64,000 nucleotides of DNA from Nitrosotalea sp. (GTDB taxonomy: Archaea > Thermoproteota > Nitrososphaeria > Nitrososphaerales > Nitrosopumilaceae). Of this stretch, positions 59,276 through 64,000 are shown in pieces (positions within the stretch are counted from its first letter, which is position 1; every line of letters starts with the position of its first letter). The position numbers were made by a program, and so were the translations under genes. The notes under the pieces were generated by a model, which worked only from the letters and a program-made list of their open reading frames with translations, was not told the origin of the DNA and made no database searches. The stretch spans positions 68,315 to 132,314 of the forward strand of contig JANWLA010000041.1 of assembly GCA_025451075.1 (NCBI GenBank). Direction: 5' to 3'.

Positions 59276-60310
59276 AATATTCATGGATGCAATTACATCT
59301 CTATCCATTGATCTCTTACAATTAATGCACAACAATTTTCGTCGGTGAAACCTGTCCTCTTGGAGTCTCCCTCCGCATATTGGACAGAGTTGGCTTGTGC
59401 GTTTAGGATCTACAAATCTAACAGGAATTCCTTCCCATTCTGCCTTGTATGTAATCTGTCTTTGCAGTTCGTAGAACGACCATGAGTTTAATTTCCTTCT
59501 ATACCTATTCCCTTGACCATTTCCCTTTCTGTAGAGTTTGCGGATTCCTTTTAGATCTTCTAATACAATCATCGATTTAGATTCTTTAGCTCTTTGTACG
59601 ATATCTTTTGAGATCTTATGCAGATGTTGCTGTATCCTTCTTGCACGCCTGTTTCCCAGCCTTTGCTGGAAATGCCTCTTTACTCTTACGTCAAATCTCT
59701 TGAAAGATGACATCACATGAGATGTGTTTTCCTTTATCGAGAGTATCTTGTTGGTCTTGTACATAATTGATTCATTTGAAGTTGATATTGTAATATTTCT
59801 CAGGTTCCTATCAATTCCAATCACATTTTCAGGAATGATTTGTTCTACTTCCTTTCTCACTGAAATTGAGACAGAGTTTGGTGTTATTGTAAATGATCGT
59901 GGTTCTGCATTTTCCAGTTGTGATATGGCGCGCTCATGTAGTTTGACCAAAAACTTGTCATCATTTGAGATCGGAAATGACAAAAGCATACCAGATATCT
60001 TGAAACCATAGCAAGAAACTAGATATGGTTTTGCTATGTATGGAGATTTTTGGGTTCGTCCCTTCTTCATATCTCTTTTTCTTTGAGCTAATCTTCCCAT
60101 TGCCTGCGACATGGCCGTAAGCTTGTATTTGGATTGTATATCAAACTGGGACAAATCCTTGTAATGTAGCGATGAGAATTTTTTTAGAGTTGATATGTTC
60201 TCTTGTAATCCTATTTTTATGCAAAAATTTACCATTTCTTTGAATGTCTCCATCAATGATGAGATACAATCAGGAAATACGTAGTCTTGCTTTATTGATT
60301 TGACTGCCAT
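59144..60310 (-). CDS. tnpB: TnpB RNA-guided endonuclease
   Basis: RuvC-I IGIDRN, RuvC-II IVLEDL, TSQLCPICG..CINC, RuvC-III DRDVIASMNI; start MAVKS with TATA-like CTTAAATA ~25 nt upstream. Confidence 0.92.
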   Translation of the reverse strand: MAVKSIKQDYVFPDCISSLMETFKEMVNFCIKIGLQENISTLKKFSSLHYKDLSQFDIQSKYKLTAMSQAMGRLAQRKRDMKKGRTQKSPYIAKPYLVSCYGFKISGMLLSFPISNDDKFLVKLHERAISQLENAEPRSFTITPNSVSISVRKEVEQIIPENVIGIDRNLRNITISTSNESIMYKTNKILSIKENTSHVMSSFKRFDVRVKRHFQQRLGNRRARRIQQHLHKISKDIVQRAKESKSMIVLEDLKGIRKLYRKGNGQGNRYRRKLNSWSFYELQRQITYKAEWEGIPVRFVDPKRTSQLCPICGGRLQEDRFHRRKLLCINCKRSMDRDVIASMNIAYKGWSRFCHPGGLLVEAMNGNVEYLQPLILRVDGSKLVEVQA

Positions 60311-60416
60311 TTGGATATTGACTTTTTTAATATTTAAGATGTAGGTATTATCAAGATTTTTCATGAACCATAAGTTGACAGAGATTTATTTACCGCACTT
60401 TAGAAATTAGATCTCA

Positions 60417-60695
60417 ATGGACAAACGCGTCTTTGCACTTGGCATTGCAATGCTAGTTGTAGGTTTCTCAGTTTATGGGTATCTAAATGAGAATGTGCCA
60501 ACTGGAAAGGCAGACATGACAGATGACGAGATAAACGCATTGCACGAGGCAGAGGTTGTCAATACGGGATTGAGCAACATTGCAGGAATGATGGGAGGAT
60601 TGGGGTTTTTCATTTTACTCATAAGCATCGGTCTGAAGCGTAGAAAGAAAGGCGGCGAAGGAAAATCAATTACGCAAAAGCCGGCTGAAATTTAG
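60417..60695 (+). CDS. Two-TM membrane protein
   Basis: Two hydrophobic segments, KRRKK tail. Confidence 0.7.
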   Translation: MDKRVFALGIAMLVVGFSVYGYLNENVPTGKADMTDDEINALHEAEVVNTGLSNIAGMMGGLGFFILLISIGLKRRKKGGEGKSITQKPAEI

Positions 60696-60783
60696 AACTA
60701 TATCACATTTTAACGATCAAATAAAGTTATAGAACATTCTTCCAAATTATTTTATAATAACTTCCTCATTATCATTTATCACT

Positions 60784-61239
60784 ATGAAAGATACTCCAGT
60801 CATAGAATTTGACAAATTATGCAACAACATACTAGACATTAACAACAACATCCAGTCTGTATCTGTCATCAACAAGCACGGAAGAGCAATAGAGAGGAAA
60901 ACTGGCGAGGTTGAACCCCAAGTAACTGGACAAAAAATTGAGATGTTTTTCATGCAATGTGTACTGACAATATCAATGGGAAGAGACTTTGATGTTGAGT
61001 TTGGCGAAATTGGCTATGTCCACGTAGACAGGAAAAACCTGTCAATGTTTTCATTTCCACTATTTGACCACATTGTTCTTGTCACAAGCAAAGCAGCAAT
61101 TAGTCCCATAACACTTGCTAAAAAAATATCAATAGTCATAAAAAAATACAAAAATCAAGAACACCCAGACATCCATACTCTTGAAAATGATGATCAGATA
61201 ACTCACAAAAGAGAATTAATTCAACTATCATCTGCCTAA
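60784..61239 (+). CDS. Roadblock/profilin-like (DUF6659-type) protein
   Basis: VINKHGR, DFDVEFGEI.Y...R; similar to 63535..63960. Confidence 0.7.
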   Translation: MKDTPVIEFDKLCNNILDINNNIQSVSVINKHGRAIERKTGEVEPQVTGQKIEMFFMQCVLTISMGRDFDVEFGEIGYVHVDRKNLSMFSFPLFDHIVLVTSKAAISPITLAKKISIVIKKYKNQEHPDIHTLENDDQITHKRELIQLSSA

Positions 61240-61265
61240 ACATACCATCAGGAAAATTGAAAATC

Positions 61266-62363
61266 CTAGAATTTTTTTAAAACTTTGAAGAACGTGTCCC
61301 TTTGAGCAGGTTCACGTCCAATTTCTTTTATCATGTTTGCAAGCTCGATTGTCGAAGAGTTTGTTCCCTTGCCTGCTGCCTTGTAGATTTCCTCAGAAAA
61401 TGCAGTACCTACCAAGTCGTTTCCACCATATGTGAGAGCAACCTGGGCAAGCTTTTTTCCTAGTGCAACCCAGTATACCGAAATGTTGTCAAGACTATTT
61501 GCAAGCATCAGTCGGGATATGGCAGTAACTCTGAGATCATACGTAGATGCGCTCTCAGATGTAACCAGTCCCGTTTTTTCAAGCTCTGTATTATCAAGAC
61601 TAAACTTTAACGGTATCAACGTAAGAAATCCCTTGGTCCTCTTTTGGACTTCGCGTATCTTTACCAAGTGATCAATGATATGCTCAGGCTTTTCAATGTG
61701 TCCAAATAACATTGTAACATTGCTTTTGATTCCAAGGTTATGCGCCTGCTCTATAGTATCAAGCCACTCTTGTCCAGAGCACTTGCCACGAACTATTTTA
61801 TTTCTAACATCAGGATGAAAGAGTTCAGCACCCCCACCAGGCATTGTATCAAGGCCAGCTGTCTTCAATCTAATCAGAACCTCCTTTACAGAATTTTTTG
61901 TTAGTCGTGCAATGAAAAAGACTTCGGCTGCAGTGAGCGCCTTGATGTGCATTTCAGGATGACTTTTTTTTATAGCCTTGAACATGTCTTCATAATATTC
62001 CAGTGGAAGCTCAGGATGAAAGCCGCCAACAATGTGTACTTCGGTTGCACCCAAGTTCTTGGCCATTGCAACACGGCCCTCAATGTCTTTTGCAGATAAT
62101 GTATACGCATCAGATTCAGTTCCCTTTCTGTAAAAGGCACACATTTGGCAGCTTGCGGCGCAAACATTTGTGTAATTCAGGTAGTATGAAGCTGCAAAGG
62201 TAACTTGCTGCCCAACGCTTTTTTGCCTAATCAAGTCCGCTGCAGCACCTAACATGTAGAGGTTATCGTAAGACATTAGCTCCAATCCGTCATCATAGGT
62301 AAGCTCCTCGCCTGCAATTGCTTTCTCAAGTGCTTTTGAGTCCTTGACTAGTTTTTCCAGCAT
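61266..62363 (-). CDS. mqnE: Radical SAM enzyme of the CofH/MqnC/MqnE family, likely aminofutalosine synthase
   Basis: NYTNVCAASCQMCAF, EVHIVGG.HP, MPGGGAE, TMLFGHIE; near mqnD. Confidence 0.8.
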   Translation of the reverse strand: MLEKLVKDSKALEKAIAGEELTYDDGLELMSYDNLYMLGAAADLIRQKSVGQQVTFAASYYLNYTNVCAASCQMCAFYRKGTESDAYTLSAKDIEGRVAMAKNLGATEVHIVGGFHPELPLEYYEDMFKAIKKSHPEMHIKALTAAEVFFIARLTKNSVKEVLIRLKTAGLDTMPGGGAELFHPDVRNKIVRGKCSGQEWLDTIEQAHNLGIKSNVTMLFGHIEKPEHIIDHLVKIREVQKRTKGFLTLIPLKFSLDNTELEKTGLVTSESASTYDLRVTAISRLMLANSLDNISVYWVALGKKLAQVALTYGGNDLVGTAFSEEIYKAAGKGTNSSTIELANMIKEIGREPAQRDTFFKVLKKF

Positions 62364-62421
62364 GATACCACTTGGATTTGATATCAATATAAAATTAACA
62401 CGCGTATAGTTAGATTATTGT

Positions 62422-62865
62422 ATGTCAGCAAAGACCATTATTTTCATGAAGTTACACCACATTGGCATTGTAGTAAACAGCATACAGCAGTCTTTGGGTG
62501 AGCTCAAAAACTATCTCAACTTTGAGACAATTAGTACCATAATGCCAGTTGGTAGTCAAAAAGTCAACATCTGTCTCTTAAAAATAGGTGAACCATCCCT
62601 AGAATTGATAGAGCCGGCTTCACAAGATTCGGCAATAAGCGAGTTTGCCAAGTCAGGTGGGGGAATACATCACTTGTGTTTTGAGGTAAAAGATATAGAA
62701 TCAGAACTGGAATCATTTGCAAAAAAAGGCGCAATCATTTTGGTAAATCCTGTAAAAGGTTTTGACGAGCGTCGCATTGCTTTTGTGGATCTAAATACAA
62801 AGAACACAAAATGCGGCCTTGTGGAACTCTTGGAGATAAAAAATAATCAATTAATATCAAAATGA
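62422..62865 (+). CDS. VOC family protein, methylmalonyl-CoA epimerase-like
   Basis: LHHIGIVV, QKV, LELIEP, GGIHHLCFEV, LVELLE. Confidence 0.82.
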   Translation: MSAKTIIFMKLHHIGIVVNSIQQSLGELKNYLNFETISTIMPVGSQKVNICLLKIGEPSLELIEPASQDSAISEFAKSGGGIHHLCFEVKDIESELESFAKKGAIILVNPVKGFDERRIAFVDLNTKNTKCGLVELLEIKNNQLISK

Positions 62866-62970
62866 TATTTGAAAGCTAGTAACAGACTAGTCCATAATGT
62901 TTACAAATGCGTATTGAAATCAGACACAAATGTAAACGTGGCATAAATAATTTGACTCCAAGTTATTAAT

Positions 62971-63474
62971 ATGCCAATTGACGTGGAATTTCCAAAAAAC
63001 CATAATGTGATAGGAAAACACAAGCATGCTGACAAGGAACATTTCCATTTTGTATGGGGACCAGGAAAGGATGATGTCGAGTCTTCAACTGATGAAAATG
63101 TCCAAAATGCATACAAGAAACGAGGTGAAGAATATGTTCCGCTTGGCATACATGGAACTTTTGTTGCAGTCGACTGGGACTCTTGTATATCTGATGGCGG
63201 ATGCATTGAGATATGTCCCGTTCAAGTTTACCAATGGTATAGAACAGAAAATGATGTTCCCGCAATACAAATGGTAAATGCCGTCAGTGCCGGAATCGGA
63301 GAATCTCACCAAAAGGAGGGACGTAAAGACTACACTGACAAGTCAGACCCAATTCGAGAACAAGATTGCATCTGGTGCATGGCATGTGTTGCTGTCTGCC
63401 CTACCCAAGCTATCAAGATAGAGCAATCAAATCAAAAAATCCATGAAGAGATGATAGAAAAACATGCAAAATGA
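62971..63474 (+). CDS. Ferredoxin (7Fe-type) with His-rich N-terminal extension
   Basis: [12 protein letters not shown] and [12 protein letters not shown]. Confidence 0.9.
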   Translation: MPIDVEFPKNHNVIGKHKHADKEHFHFVWGPGKDDVESSTDENVQNAYKKRGEEYVPLGIHGTFVAVDWDSCISDGGCIEICPVQVYQWYRTENDVPAIQMVNAVSAGIGESHQKEGRKDYTDKSDPIREQDCIWCMACVAVCPTQAIKIEQSNQKIHEEMIEKHAK

Positions 63475-63534
63475 GAATAAAATAATGGAAATTTACGATC
63501 GAAATCCAATCAGACTTAATTTTCACAATATAGT

Positions 63535-63960
63535 GTGGATGACATGACTGAAGTCATCATAGAAAATGAATTTGATTTCCTTTATGATAAATCAATATTA
63601 GAAGAGGTAGAGTTCATCGGATTGATTAACAAACAGGGCAAGATGGAAAACATTATCTTCAAAAATGAAATAAATTTAACAAAGGAAAGAAAAGAGATGT
63701 TTTCTATGGCACACAGATTGCAAAACTCCATGCAGAATGATTTTGATTATGAATTTGGTCTAGTACGTTATACCATAATAGACAGAGAAAATGCAAGATT
63801 TGTTTCAATGCCCACACATTTAGGGATTTTATTGGCAAAATTGAAGAAAACAGTAGATCCATTTGTATTTATAAATAAAATCACTCGTATGATGAATTCT
63901 TCCAAAGTATTGTTCAAAGTAGTAGAGTGTGCATATTTGTCAGATAAGGAATTGACATAA
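63535..63960 (+). CDS. Roadblock/profilin-like (DUF6659-type) protein
   Basis: GLINKQGK, DFDYEFGLVRY...R. Confidence 0.68.
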   Translation: MDDMTEVIIENEFDFLYDKSILEEVEFIGLINKQGKMENIIFKNEINLTKERKEMFSMAHRLQNSMQNDFDYEFGLVRYTIIDRENARFVSMPTHLGILLAKLKKTVDPFVFINKITRMMNSSKVLFKVVECAYLSDKELT

Positions 63961-64000
63961 GTGGATAAAGACAAACTGTGTAAACAAGTCTTAGAGCTAG

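Larger units (their letters stand above)
59124..60382 (-). mobile_element. Non-autonomous TnpB-only element bounded by inverted repeats
   Basis: TCTGTCAACTTGATGGTTCATG (59127-59148) versus CATGAACCATAAGTTGACAGA (60362-60382); only ORF is tnpB. Confidence 0.8.

Noticed and set aside
59144-60420. TnpB as Cas12f with a CRISPR array
   Set aside because: No repeat-spacer array or cas genes nearby or elsewhere in the window.

Overview
Gene-dense archaeal chromosome segment, almost certainly Nitrososphaerota (ammonia-oxidising archaeon, probably Nitrosotalea-like). The lineage call is inferred from rpoE1-spt4, archaeal EF-2, TFB, nurA-herA-mre11-rad50, futalosine-pathway genes and PEFG-CTERM-type surface proteins. 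Core blocks: dephospho-CoA kinase/Mrp/RNAP E'/Spt4, NAD synthesis (nadC, nadA, aspartate dehydrogenase), proline catabolism, the double-strand-break repair operon, Tat, a PurP-family ligase, CorA, an SNF2 helicase with a mini-intein, EF-2, mqnD/mqnE and a ferredoxin. Accessory blocks: a putative redox module (HxlR-type regulator, alternative TFB, pirin, MFS), a surface-protein locus (Ig-repeat protein, interrupted PEFG-CTERM gene, GT39-like enzyme) and a ~17 kb variable region (38.4-55.8 kb) of small ORFs. Most notable: (1) a transposase-less TnpB element bounded by ~21 bp inverted repeats, one beginning like an IS6-family end; (2) an HxlR/DUF24-type operator palindrome over the start of a TFB paralog; (3) a Fic/Doc protein with His-to-Gln in its motif plus an overlapping 27-aa antitoxin-like peptide; (4) many Zn-binding microproteins below the ORF-track cutoff, including classical C2H2 fingers and a stand-alone TFS-like ribbon; (5) a membrane-anchored HNH protein and a repeat-flanked mini-HNH. 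No rRNA, tRNA or CRISPR array was seen. All family calls come from reading motifs by eye; no database searches were run.
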